From Macrostomum lignano (taxonomy: Eukaryota): a stretch of DNA of 64,000 nt. Shown piece after piece: positions 44,801-63,475 of the stretch. Location: positions 62,001 to 126,000 of the forward strand of contig NIVC01000422.1 in assembly GCA_002269645.1 (NCBI GenBank). The letters are read 5' to 3'. The translations under genes and the position numbers were made by a program. Below the pieces are notes generated by a model. It was not told the DNA's origin. It saw nothing but the letters and a program-made list of their open reading frames with translations, and did no database searches. Every line of letters starts with the position of its first letter. Position 1 is the first letter of the stretch.

Positions 44801-47800
44801 CTGTCTAACAGATTGATGTCACTGTCTAACAGGCTGACGTCACTGTCTAACAGGTTGACGTCACTGTCTAACAGGCTGACATCACTGTCTAACAGGTTGA
44901 CGTCACTGTCTAACAGGTTGACGTCACTGTCTAACAGGTTGACGTCACTGTCTAACAGGTTGATGTCACTGTCTAACAGGTTGACGTCACTGTCTAACAA
45001 GTTGATGTCACTGTCTAACAGGTTGACGTCACTGTCTAACAGGTTGATGTCACTGTCTAACAGGTTGACGTCACTGTCTAACAGGTTGATGTCACTGTCT
45101 AACAGGTTGATGTCACTGTCTAACAGGTTGACGTCACTGTCTAACAGGTTGATGTCACTGTCTAACAGGTTGACGTCGCTGTCTAACAGGTTGACGTCGC
45201 TGTCTAACAGGTTGACGTCGCTGTCTAACAGGTTGACGTCACTGTCTAACAGGTTGACGTCACTGTCTAACAGGCTGACGTCACTGTCTAACAGGTTGAC
45301 GTCACTGTCTAACAGGCTGACATCACTGTCTAACAGGTTGACGTCACTGTCTAACAGGTTGACGTCACTGTCTAACAGGTTGATGTCACTGTCTAACAGA
45401 TTGATGTCACTGTCTAACAGGTTGACGTCACTGTCTAACGGGTTGACATCACTGTCTAACAGGTTGATGTCACTGTCTAAACAGGTTGATGTCACTATCT
45501 AACAGGTTGACGTCACTGTCTAACAGGTTGACGTCACTGTTTAACAGGTTGACGTCACTGTCTAACAGGTTGATGTCACTGTCTAACAGGTTGGCGTCAC
45601 TGTCTAACGGGTTGACATCACTGTCTAACAGGTTGACGTCACTGTCTAACAGGTTGACGTCACTGTCTAACAGGTTGATGTCACTATCTAACAGGTTGAC
45701 GTCACTGTTTAACAGGTTGACGTCACTGTCTAACAGGTTGATGTCACTGTCTAACAGGTTGGCGTCACTGTCTAACGGGTTGACATCACTGTCTAACAGG
45801 TTGACGTCACTGTCTAACAGGTTGACGTCACTGTCTAACGGGTTGACATCACTGTCTAACAGGTTGACGTCACTGTCTAACGGGTTGACATCACTGTCTA
45901 ACAGGTCAAAGATGCTGTCTAACCGTTAAAGAGATTTTTATACTTTAATTCTATAAAATTATAAAATTAGACATTACTTCAGCACTCCGACTTGAGTCTG
46001 AAACTCACATCGATAGTAGCATAGGTAAAGCTGTACTCATAGCAATAGCTACTTTCACATCTCCTCCTCCTTCGGCTGCTGTGAAGATAGTCTCCATTGC
46101 TGTAGTAACAGTTCAGAACAGGCGGTCGAGTATTGCAGTAGCTGGCAGTGCACGCTTTGCAGGTGGTGTAAGAATACCCGGAGCAGGTGCCACAACCAGC
46201 AAAGTTGTCCTGTATAGGGGCAAAATTTGGTTTTGCTGCGGTAGACTTAACAAAATGAGTGCACAGTCATTTTATACTTATTTAAAATTGCTTGGGTTAG
46301 ATCAAGGAGTAATTAGAAACGTCGGATGTGAGTCAGTGGTGTCGATAAGGAGTCAGTGGTGTCCGGGAAGGAGTCAGTAGGTGTTTGGGAAGGAGTCAGT
46401 AGGTGTCCGGGAAGGAGTCAGTAGGTGTCCGGGAAGGAGTCAGTAGGTGTCCGGGAAGGAGTCAGTAGGTGTCCGGGAAGGAGTCAGTAGGTGTCCGGGA
46501 AGGAGTCAGTAGGTGTCCGGGAAGGAGTCAGTAGGTGTCCGGGAAGGAGTCAGTAGGTGTCGGGAAGGAGTCAGTAGGTGTCCGGGAAGGAGTCAGTAGG
46601 TGTCCGGGAAGGAGTCAGTAGGTGTCCGGGAAGGAGTCAGTAGGTGTCCGGGAAGGAGTCAGTAGGTGTCGGGAAGGAGTCAGTAGGTGTCCGGGAAGGA
46701 GTCAGTAGGTGTCCGGGAAAGAGTCAGTGGTGTCTGGAAGGAGTCAGTGGGTGTCGGGAAGGAATCAGTGGGTGTCAAGAAGAAGTCAGTGGGTGTCGGG
46801 AAGGAGTCAGTGGGTGTCGGGAAGGAATCAGTGGGTGTCAAGAAGAAGTCAGTGGGTGTCGGGAAGGAGTCAGTGGGTGTCGGGAAGGAATCAGTGGGTG
46901 TCGGGAAGGAATCAGTGGGTGTCAAGAAGAAGTCAGTGGGTGTCGGGAAGGAGTCAGTGGGTGTCGGGAAGGAGTCAGTGGGTGTCGGGAAGGAGTCAGT
47001 GGGTGTCGGGAAGGAGTCAGTGGGTGTCAAGAAGAAGTCAGTGGGTGTCGGGAAGGAGTCAGTGGGTGTCGGGAAGGAATCAGTGGGTGTCAAGAAGAAG
47101 TCAGTGGGTGTCGGGAAGGAATCAGTGGGTGTCAAGAAGAAGTCAGTGGGTGTCGGGAAGGAATCAGTGGGTGTCGGGAAGGAGTCAGTGGGTGTCGGGA
47201 AGGAGTCAGTGGGTGTCGGGAAGGAGTCAGTGGGTGTCGGGAAGGAATCAGTGGGTGTCAAGAAGGAGTCAGTGGGTGTCGGGAAGGAGTCAGTGGGTGT
47301 CGGGAAGGAGTCAGTGGGTGTCAAGAAGAAGTCAGTGGGTGTCGGGAAGGAATCAGTGGGTGTCAAGAAGGAGTCAGTGGGTGTCGGGAAGGAGTCACTG
47401 GTTTCAGGAAGGAGTCAGTGGGTGTCGGGAAGGAATCAGTGGGTGTCAGGAAAGAGTCAGGCTAAAACGAGCGTGTGACGCACTTCTCCGTAGTCATATG
47501 TGTAGCAGCTGCTGTCAAAGGCACAGAGGGTCGTAGTTCCGTTGCTGGTATAGCTAGTCGATGAGGACCTCGAGTAGCAGGTGATCGACGCAGCAGCGTT
47601 CGCTGTGAAAATTAAATGATGGGCTGCGTGATCAATCTGTCTCTATGGAAACTGTCCCTAACTCTTCCGTCTAACAGGTGTCTCCTCTGTGTCTAACAGG
47701 TGTCTCCTCTGTGTCTAACAGGTGTCTCCTCTGTGTCTAACAGGTGACTCCTCTGTGTCTAACAGGTGACTCCTCTGTGTCTAACAGGTGACTCCTCTGT

Positions 47801-50800
47801 GTCTAACAGGTGTCTCCTCTGTGTCTAACAGGTGTCTCCTCTGTGTCTAACAGGTGACTCCTCTGTGTCTAACAGGTGACTCCTCTGTGTCTAACAGGTG
47901 TCTCCTCTATGTCTAACAGGTGTCTCCTCTGTGTCTAACAGGTGACTCCTCTGTGTCTAACAGGTGTCTCCTCTATGTCTAACAGGTGTCTCCTCTGTGT
48001 CTAACAGGTGACTCACTGTGTCTAACAGGTGTCTCCTCTGTGTCTAACAGGTGTCTCCTCTATGTCTAACAGGTGTCTCCTCTGTGTCTAACAGGTGACT
48101 CACTGTGTCTAACAGGTGTCTCCTCTATGTCTAACAGGTGTCTCCTCTGTGTCTAACAGGTGACTCACTGTGTCTAACAGGTGTCTCCTCTGTGTCTAAC
48201 AGGTGTCTCCTCTGTGTCTAACAGGTGACTCCTCTGTGTCTAACAGGTGACTCCTCTGTGTCTAACAGGTGTCTCCTCTGTGTCTAACAGGTGACTCCTC
48301 TGTGTCTAACAGGTGACTCCTCTGTGTCTAACAGGTAACTCCTCTGTGTCTAACAGGTGTCTCCTCTGTGTCTAACAGGTGTCTCCTCTATGTCTAACAG
48401 GTGTCTCCTCTGTGTCTAACAGGTGACTCACTGTGTCTAACAGGTGTCTCCTCTGTGTCTAACAGGTGTCTCCTCTGTGTCTAACAGGTGTCTCCTCTGT
48501 GTCTAACAGGTGACTCCTCTGTGTCTAACAGGTGTCTCCTCTGTGTCTAACAGGTGTCTCCTCTGTGTCTAACAGGTGACTCCTCTGTGTCTAACAGGTG
48601 ACTCCTCTGTGTCTAACAGGTGACTCCTCTGTGTCTAACAGGTGACTCCTCTGTGTCTAACAGGTGACTCATCTGTGTCTAACAGGTGACTCCTCTGTGT
48701 CTAACAGGTGTCTCCTCTATGTCTAACAGGTGTCTCCTCTGTGTCTAACAGGTGACTCACTGTGTCTAACAGGTGTCTCCTCTGTGTCTAACAGGTGTCT
48801 CCTCTGTGTCTAACAGGTGACTCCTCTGTGTCTAACAGGTGACTCCTCTGTGTCTAACAGGTAACTCCTCTGTGTCTAACAGGTGTCTCCTCTGTGTCTA
48901 ACAGGTGACTCCTCTGTGTCTAACAGGTAACTCCTCTGTGTCTAACAGGTGACTCACTGTGTCTAACAGGTGTCTCCTCTGTGTCTAACAGGTGACTCCT
49001 CTGTGTCTAACAGGTGTCTCCTCTGTGTCTAACAGGTGACTCCTCTGTGTCTAACAGGTAACTCCTCTGTGTCTAACAGGTGACTCACTGTGTCTAACAG
49101 GTGTCTCCTCTGTGTCTAACAGGTGTCTCCTCTGTGTCTAACAGGTGACTCCTCTGTGTCTAACAGGTGACTCCTCTGTATCTAACAGGTTACAGAGAAT
49201 TAATATTGGAAACTTACAGATAAAAGCAGCCAAAATGGCAACAGAGACAATCAAGTATTTCATATTTGCAATCCGTATTTCTTAGAAGTTTGTTGCTTGT
49301 CGTTGCTTTTTGAAAAAAAAATTACTGAGAAATCCTGCCATTTATAACACTCGGTTGCCATGGTGAATACGAGGGGGGGGAGAGAGAGATAGAAAAGCTT
49401 CTGTTTTTTTGGTTGAACAGTGCGAGCGTAGCAATTTGCGTGCGAGAAAAACATATTTTTCACAAATAGGACAGAGAAATAGAGGTCAGGTGAAGTGAGA
49501 GATGCAGATGCCAGAAGGACAATTAAAAGAGAAAAAAAGCAAATTTGGGGCTTGTCCGACAGACTCAGTAGCCGCTCTGTGCATTGCTTAACGAATAGAT
49601 GAGGTTGGCTCAACTGGTCTAAGAAATTTATTGTGCGTTTTCAGATTTTATACACCATTGTCCTGAATTCCCCTGTCCACAATGCTCCGAAAGTAGCAAT
49701 GTTTGGCAATAGCGAAAACACACAATAATATTAGCATATTTTTTTGCTCAGAATGAACGCGAAGTGGATTCCAGTCTCAGTGGAGGCTGCGCAGATTCAA
49801 AAACAAGACAGAAATGTGACGCAAAGTGGCAGAATGGCTATGCTTGTGACAATTCATGCTATTGTTTCACAAGAAAGTTAGGAAATCAGTTGAGAGCTCA
49901 CTGCATGCTTGTCAATGCTCAAGTATTGAACGCAAAGCAATTAAGTACCGGCGTACTGAGATACTGAGAGTGGCTGTTGGGTGTGGCCAGGCTTCTAGTT
50001 CTACGAATACTCTGCGGAAATTTTGTGGAAAATTTCTAAAAAAAACTGAGCTGGCTATTTTGTAAACATCTAAATCGAATAGCTGTTTCCTAACATCAGA
50101 GTTTAATGCAATGATGCTTTATGTATTAAAGTTGCCACGCTATGCCCTCGGAGACAGAAAGATAGAAAAAATCCGGGAGGCTGGCCCAGCAACTGAGGAT
50201 CTGAGAGGCTGGCCCAGAAACTGAGGATCTGAGAGGCTGGCCCAGCAACTGAGGATCTGAGAGGCTGGCCCAGAAACTGGGGATCTGGGAGGCTGGCCCA
50301 GCAACTGACACTCTGGGATGCTGGCCCAGCAACTGAAACTCTGGGATGCTGGCCCAGCAACTGACACTCTGGGAGGCTGGCCCAGCAACTGAGGATCTGG
50401 GAGGCTAGTGACCCAGCAGCTGAGGATCAGGGAGGCTGGCCGCCCAGCAACTGAGGATCTGGGATGCTGGCCCAGCAACTGGGGATGTGGGATGCTGGCA
50501 CAGCCACTGAGGATCTGGGAGGCTGTCGCAGCAACCTGCTGAGCGGTGGTGGCTGCTCAGCAACCTACGGTCTAGGAGTTCGCTTAGAAAGGACTTTAAG
50601 CAACAATTTTCGACATAAATATTGCTTTACGTTTCAAAATTTTCAGTCAACCACAGCGCTGCCCAATCATCGGCCGCAATAGACTTGGTACTAGAAGGTG
50701 TTGACACCATCGGTCAGGTGATTCTGAACAATCGTCATCTAATGGCCAGCTGCGATAACTACTGGAGAGAGTACCGAATCAGTGTGAAGAGCTTGTTAGT

Positions 50801-53800
50801 TGTAAGTTGCTTGCTAAAATTTCAGGACTTTGGAGCGTTTATAATAAAGAATCTATGTAGGTCCACCCTGACGCAACGCTCTCAGCGACATTTTCCCACA
50901 ACCAAGTACTGCTGAGGCGATTCCACCTTGCTTCTTGGTAGCGCTACTGTTGTGGCATATTTTCTAGTCAAGGCTTACAAATGGGTTCACTGACCTAAAA
51001 AAGTTTTGACAGGGGTCAAATCAACAAATGTATCCCCCTCAGGTTGGAGAGAACAACCTCACAGTCAGCCTGACGTCTCCCATTGTCTATGCAAGACAAG
51101 CTGCAGAGAATTACGCATCGAAGTTCGGCTATCCAGTGCCGCCAGACTGTCCGCCGTTGACCTACAACGGCGAGTGTTACTTCAATTTCATTCGCAAGCC
51201 AGCCTATTCGTTCAGCTGGGACTGGGGCCCGGCGGTACCAACGTCGGGACTTTGGTGAGTCGTTGAACTTTTGAAGTTCATTTAGTTGTGGTGTCGTTTT
51301 ACGGGTTTATGGGTGCATTCACCCATAGTGGGTTTATATGTGCATTCACTGACAGCTTTAAAAGTTAAGAAGAGTCGACTACGGTCTAGACTGCTACACC
51401 TTGGGTTACCTTAGTTACTTGGTAGCGGATTTTCTATTTTAATTCTAGTGTATTTTATTCCCTAAGCCATAGAATATTCACGGAATGCTCAATAATTATT
51501 CCTACCACTACAAAAAAGTATTAAAATTCGCATAAGCCTACTTATTTTATAAAATTTCTCAGTAGCACGATGCAAATTTATGAAAATACGACCTATATTG
51601 CAAATGTTTGCAAATATCCGTTTTGCCTCCTTAATTTTACTCACAAAGAGTGTGGCTAGTGTAAAATGTAATTCTTGCACGAGAAATGTTCTTCAAAATA
51701 CATTCTCAATCGAGGGTTCGGATTACTAACAAAACATTGCTGATATTGGTAAGCGGCTACAAAATGTCTCCCGCAGGCGCGAAGTCTATTTGGACCTGTA
51801 CTCGGGTTTGGCCATAGACTATGTCAAATTTACGGCCTCACCGAGTCTCGATAGCAGCAGCAACGCTTGGTGGGCAATGGCAACTGCTGGTGTGAAATTT
51901 GGCGATAGGTTCGATCAGAAAATTGGTCAGGTGTGCATCGTTGCTCAGATAGACGAACTGACGGAATCTTTGAAACGATGCGTCAAACTGCCCTCAGAGA
52001 CTTCGCCCCAACCGTCTATAATTGATGCAGCAGAGAGTAATTTCACTGTCGACGTTAGATTTGATCAGATTGTAAGTAATTGGATTAATATTTCTCCTAA
52101 AATATTAGATAATTTACTTTTACGCTCGTAGTTGTTTTCTACTCAACCAACAATTAGCAGCCAACAACTCGAAATATTATTATTAAAGATTGATACGAAT
52201 ATATGGCGGATTATGGCGTTCAGTTTTTCGTAGCATAAAATTCATTGTTCTGGGTGTGTGATGATGTGGCTCTAAACTTCTTGTTTTGTGTGTAGTTCTA
52301 AACTTTTAGTTGAGGATGTGGCTTTAAACTCTTTGTTGCGTAGATTTGACTCTAAACTATTTGTTCTGAATGTGGCGCATCGGTAAGGTTTTAAATTTGT
52401 CGCCTTAGAGACTAAAAGTTACTTTGACAGACTCTGGTCCTTCGTGGATCTAGCTCGCACAAGTTGTAATCGCAAAACTCTTCATTCTGAGTGAACTCAT
52501 AGTTAAACTTTATTGCCCCGGATGTGACGCCAAAGTCTTGGTTTTTCGCTTGAATCTTAAGTATTTTTGTGAGTTCTTGCGCTAAAAAGCAGCATTAAAT
52601 CAAATCAACTTGAACAGATCAATCCTCAGCTTTGGTGGCCAAACGGTTACGGTAGTCAGCGTCTGTACACCCTTCGAGTTCGTCTGTGCCTTGATGGTCC
52701 AGACTGTCGTCTGCTGGACAACTGGGAAACCCGACGGGTAGCGTTTCGTCAAGTTCAACTGCTACAAAATTCGATTGGTAATGAACTTGGTCAGGGACTC
52801 AATTTCAATCTGGTGGTCAATAATCGGCCGGTGTTTATTAAAGGCTCGAATTTTGTACCGATTGGGATGAGCATTCCGGGAGCGGATGTTAGCGACTATG
52901 ATTGGTTGATGAGGTCGGCTGCTGCTGCTGGCATCAACATGCTACGCGTCTGGGGTGGAGGGGTGAGTGCTGGTTGGTCGACTCTCTGTGTGAGTTTACC
53001 GTAGTTTATGTCATTAATATTCGCCATAGAAATGATCTAACAAGCTGCAATATTTTACTTTACTTATGACCTTCGGGATTTCTTTGTTTGACCTTCTGAA
53101 CTTCCGAGTCTGAACTTCTGAACTTTCGAGTCTCATCCCCTGAACTTCCGAGTCTCATCCCCTGAACTTCCGAGTCTCATCCCCTGAACTTCCGAGTCTC
53201 ATCCCCTGAACTTCCGAGTCTCATCCCCTGAACTTCCGAGTCTCATCCCCTGAACTTCCGAGTCTCATCCCCTGAACTTCCGAGTCTCATCCCCTGAACT
53301 TCCGAGTCTCATCCCCTGAACTTTCGAGTCTCATCCCCCTGAACTTCCGAGTCTCATCCCCTGAACTTCCGAGTCTCATCGCCTGAACTTCCGAGTCTCA
53401 TCCCCTGAACTTCCGAGTCTCATCCCCTAAACTTCCGAGTCTCATCCCCTGAACTTCCGAGTCTCATCCCCTGAACTTCCGAGTCTCATCCCCTGAACTT
53501 CCGAGTCTCATCCCCTGAACTTCCGAGTCTCATCCCCTAAACTTCCGAGTCTCATCCCCTGAACTTTCGAGTCTCATCCCCTGAACTTTCGAGTCTCATC
53601 CTCTCAACTTCCGAGTCTCATCCCCTGAACTTCCGAGTCTCATCCCCTGAACTTTCGAGTCTCATCCCCTGAACTTCCGAGTCTCATCCCCTGAACTTCC
53701 GAGTCTCATCCCCTGAACTTCCGAGTCTCACCCCCTTAACTTTCGAGTCTCATCCCCTGAACATCCGGGTCTCATCGCCTAAACTTCCGAGTCTGACCTT

Positions 53801-56800
53801 CTGAACTTACGGAAAATCTCAGCCAAGATTAAGCTTAGGCTGTACAAATCCATCCCGATTGATATTGAGCAAATTACGAATTTTATATATTAGTAAAACC
53901 ACAGTTGTCATCTTCAACTCTCTTTTCACCTGATGAAAACCAATCGCAATCAGACAATCGAACGAGCCGAATTCTACGACCTAGCTGACCAGCTGGGCAT
54001 AATGATTTGGCAAGATTTCCCTTTCGCCTGCGCTCTCTATCCTACTGACGAAGAGTTTCTGTCAACAGTGAGGTCGGAAGTTCGAGCCACTGTTCGCCGG
54101 CTTCAGCACAGAGCCAGTCTGGCCGTTTGGGTTGGCAACAACGAGAACGAAGGCGCTCTGGCCAACGACTGGTGGTCATTGTGGGCCAACCGAACCGAGC
54201 GTTACTATGACGACTATAGAAAACTGTACATGCGATTGGTCAGACAGCAGGTGGTTGCTGAGGACTCTACTCGACTGGTGCTATTATCGTCGCCTAGTAA
54301 CGGAGACGCTACAGAGTGGGAGGGTGGCATTGCTCACCAGCCGCAGAGCACACTGTTTGGCGACGGTGAGAGTTAACGAATTTTCGGTGCTGACAGGACG
54401 ATGGTTTTAGATGAACGTTCCAGCGAAATGGTTGCTCAATTCCAGAAAATAGCGTTTGTGATTGTTATGAAGCAAACGTGTCCTTTAAGGAAAACTATTG
54501 ATTTCAGTAACGGGTTACAAGGTTGGGGGAGGACGAAGCATTGGCATGTCCCCCATAGCTTTCACTTTAGCTTTTACCCTCACCTCTGTGTGCTCCAACA
54601 TAAGACGTAAGTGTCCGTTACGTGATAGAAGTGTCCATTATGACATTTAGCATCCATTAGGAAATAGAAGTGTCCATTTCAAGGAAATCGTGAAGACTTG
54701 GGCGACACTTTGTACACAATCGAGACCAAGTGAGTAAACAAAGAGTAAATTTATGTATTTTAACACCCTCTCACAGTTCACTTCTACAGCTACACAGAGG
54801 ACATGTGGCTACCAGAGACTACGCCGCTGGCCAGATTAATGTCGGAATTCGGTTTCCAGTCTCATCCAAGCCTCATCACGGTACTGTCGGCAACTCGCGA
54901 CCCAAGGAACATCGGCATTGATACTAATTTCACCTTGCACAGAGAGCATCAACCGAACGGCACTCTGACCATTGCCCGGCACAATGCCAGACACTTTGCC
55001 AGTCAGGTGCCCAAGTGGCTGATTGGCGTGAACGATGACGTCATTGGGAAGCTGCTTGTACTCAATTTTTCGGTGCCGTCTTCTGAGGTTTGTTAATTTT
55101 TCTTCCAAGGCTATGAAATATGGAAATTTGTTATGAGATGCTACTGAAACTTCGAAAGAGGCTTCGCGGGTTGCATGTGGGCTTTGCAGTAATGCACCTT
55201 CTCAACTTCCGAATTATAAAGCGAGAACTTGTTTTTTTTGTTAGAGGCTGTGCTGTATTATTGTGTTCTCAAAACTGACATATCGATTGAGAAGTGGGTT
55301 TTACCATAGATAAAACTTGGTCCAAAAAAGAGAATTCGTGATAGAACAGCTGATGGAACAGCTTGTTCATATATCTACTGACATTTCTAGGAAAGACAGG
55401 TTCGGTGAACTAGTCTTCAGTGAAAATCACACCAGAAAACCTCCGAGGGTTGGGTTCTTCTACTCCAGTTGTCTACGAATAATTGGCTAATGAGGCTTGT
55501 ATATGTATCGATTCTATTAAAAATACTTCTTCAGTTAAAGCAGCTCACAGACCGCCTAGCAACGTACGCGTACCAGTCCTACGCTAGTCAGATCGATCAA
55601 GCTGAAATTTATCGTCGAATAACTCATCAACACGCATCAAATCGATGCCGCCTGCGGTCGGCTGCAAATCAAGCTAGAGGTCTAGAGGGCATGTCTTCCG
55701 GTGTGATGTACTGGCAGCTCAACGATGTCTGGTCCGCGCCCACCTGGTCAAGCATCGAAGTCACCGGGGCTTGGAAAGCGACGCACTATTACGCAGCGCG
55801 TTACTATGCCAACAGAGGGCTTGCTATAGCGTTGGCTGACAGCGAGCAAAGGATAGTTGAGGCTTTCTACATCCGGGATTCCAATCCGAACCAAAGAGGA
55901 TCTGAGCAGATCGAAGTTCGCTTCGACTGCTACGATGTTGATAGTCTGGCTAGGCTAAATAGTTGGACTATCATAAAGAACTCCGTGAGTGGTTTTGTAG
56001 GTAAAAAGCTTAGTAACGAACTAGCCGATTCCAACCCCTGTTAGGGCTTGCTATCCTAATTCTATCCTTGGTTGTTCCCCACAAAAAACTCCACGAGGCT
56101 GTCTTCATCATGAAAATTTCCACAATATTTGGAATCCCTTTCTCATTCAGATCATGATTTCGACATTCCCCAGATACTCGTAGCTCGTAGCAAGCATCCT
56201 CCGTTAGAAAGCATCCCCGATAGCAAACATCTGCCAGAAGCAAACAATCTCATCAATTCCGCCAGTAAGCCTTGGCCTCTTAGCAATCCACCGTTAGCCT
56301 TGCAGTATCAATAGTTCTCTTCGTAGGCCTTGGCATCTCAGAAATTACCCCAGTAAGCCTTGTAATATCAATAGAGTATGTGTGCGCTTCGACTTGCCCT
56401 TAACTACTGTGACTAAAAGTGGTAAAAAGAAACTACAAAAATCCGTAAACATGTACTTTTCAGACATCGCCAAACTGCCCCACTGAACTCTTTCGGCAAT
56501 CTGAAGCTGATCTGCTTAAACGCTGCAATTGCAGCCTCGCCAGCAACTGTCTTTTAGAAGCAAAACTCGTCACAAACTGGAACAGACAGAACGGAGCAGA
56601 GCCTGATGTTCAACCGGAGCAGTACTATTTTGATGTGCCGAAGAATTTTAAGCGACTTAAAAGTCCTTCATTGGTAAGGGAATCGATAACGCACTTGAAA
56701 GTACACACTGACATGAGATTATAAAGTCGCAAAAAACAGGATGGATGGCAAATACTGTGAAGGTCTGATAGCTGCAGCGGTGTTAATTAAAGGAATGGTA

Positions 56801-57510
56801 TTAAGAGGTTAGAGATTCTCACTGAAGGATCGGCACTGAGGGTTAAGAATGAGGGATAAGGGAATGAGAGATAAGGATGCTCACTGAAGGATCGGCACTG
56901 AGGGATAAGGATGCTCACTGAGAAGAATCGGCACTGAGGGATAAGGATGCTCACTGAAGAATCGGCACTGAGGGATAAGGATGCTCACTGAAGGATCGGC
57001 ACTGAGGGATAAGGATGCTCACTGAAGAATCGGCACTGAGGGATAAGGATGCTCACTGAAGAATCGGCACTGAGGGATAAGGATGCTCACTGAAGAATCG
57101 GCACTGAGGGATAAGGATGCTCACTGAAGAATCGGCACTGAGGGATAAGGATGCTCACTGAAGGATCGGCACTGAGGGATAAGGATGAGGGATAAGCGAA
57201 TGAGGGATAAGGATGCTCACTGATGAGATCGGTGTTGATGAGATGTGAACTCACTCACCTCACATTGCAGTCTGTAGACGTGACTAAGATCAGTCAGCAG
57301 CAGTTTCGCATAGACCTAACATCAGGTCAGACAACGCTATACGCCGTGAATCTGCAGTTCCTATGCCCGTGGCTAACTAGGGCAGTATTATCTGACAATG
57401 CCTTTCATATGACGGCGAAAAAGCGTTCATTAGAACTTCTAGTGCCCGCCGTTGGCGACTCAAGAAGTGCAAAAGATATCAAAGAATGTTTACTGGTTCA
57501 TTTTCTGTAA
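41847..57510 (+). CDS. MANBA: Beta-mannosidase (glycoside hydrolase family 2), 11 exons
   Basis: Exons 41847..42033, 42116..42265, 50647..50801, 51043..51254, 51777..52071, 52618..52962, 53954..54365, 54777..~55087, ~55541..55984, 56464..56673, 57271..57510. Motifs VPGDVYSDL, LEGVDT, FIRKPAYSFSWDWGP, LWWPNGYGSQ, FIKGSN, NMLRVWGGG, WVGNNENE (acid/base), SEFGFQS (nucleophile), YWQLNDVW. Confidence 0.95.
42297..43811. repeat. 28-bp minisatellite (CAGCAACTGAGGATCTGGGAGGCTGGCC), left block
   Basis: Direct reading; the same unit resumes at 50175-50520. Confidence 0.95.
44141..49263 (-). CDS. Nested antisense gene: secreted/GPI-anchored protein with two 8-Cys Ly6/uPAR (three-finger)-like repeats, 4 exons
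   Basis: Exons 49263..49218 (MKYLIVSVAILAAFI signal), 47602..47484, 46209..46009 and 44302..44141, all phase-compatible. Two repeats CY...C...CY...FAGCGxC...CxAC...YCN and a hydrophobic C-terminus (FTAFATAVILAMIRLL). Confidence 0.85.
44341..45905. repeat. 21-bp minisatellite (GTCTAACAGGTTGACGTCACT), ~74 units
   Basis: Direct reading. Confidence 0.97.
46335..47455. repeat. 21-22-bp minisatellite (GGGAAGGAGTCAGTGGGTGTC)
   Basis: Direct reading. Confidence 0.96.
47670..49190. repeat. 22-bp minisatellite (GTCTAACAGGTGTCTCCTCTGT), ~69 units
   Basis: Direct reading. Confidence 0.97.
50175..50520. repeat. 28-bp minisatellite, right block (same family as 42297-43811)
   Basis: Direct reading. Confidence 0.92.
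53095..53810. repeat. 22-bp minisatellite (CTGAACTTCCGAGTCTCATCCC)
   Basis: MANBA intron 6. Confidence 0.95.
56820..57235. repeat. 34-bp minisatellite (CACTGAGGGATAAGGATGCTCACTGAAGAATCGG)
   Basis: MANBA intron 10. Confidence 0.93.
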
Positions 57511-58078
57511 GTTCATGCAAGATTTGCGTATTTACATTTTTAATCATAAAAACGACTTACTACTGTACAATTTACTAGCAATACACTGTAATGTATTCAG
57601 TACTAATGGCACAGTGATTATACTAGTGATTATTAAACGTGTTTAATCCTGGAAGGCACTTTCATAAAATAGCTAAATCAAAGAAGCCAGTGTAGACATC
57701 AAATATGAGTATTAAGTGGCTTGTAAATGTTAAAATTTTTTTTTTGAATGCGTGATTTTGATATGCTTTATTGTAATAATTGTGTGCAAAATAATTATTC
57801 AAGCAGCACTTGAAAAAATAAATAAATGTGATCAGCAAAGGCAAAAAAAGTTATCTTCGAAAAACAGAGATTTCTTTTCTGTTCGTCTAGATTCCAAACA
57901 GGTTGGTGTGTCACAAGTAGTAAAACAGGCATTGATAAGTTGGAGTCTAATAAGATAGAAAGCAAAATGACATTATCATTAATAAGTATTCTCCCAAAAT
58001 CGAGTTATCAGGTCCTTTTCGATGCTAAGCAAACCCTTTAAAAATGAAGTCGCATCCCTTAGTAAAACACGAATGACG

Positions 58079-63475
<5,397 letters not shown>

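Noticed and set aside
44323-47536. 383-390-aa and 228-275-aa repeat ORFs (LDSDVNL, SLSNRLT, GVGKESV)
   Set aside because: Stop-free frames of 21-bp minisatellites within introns of the nested gene.
42297-49190. Regular 21-28-bp arrays as CRISPR loci
   Set aside because: Units are contiguous with no unique spacers, no cas genes are present, and the context is eukaryotic introns.
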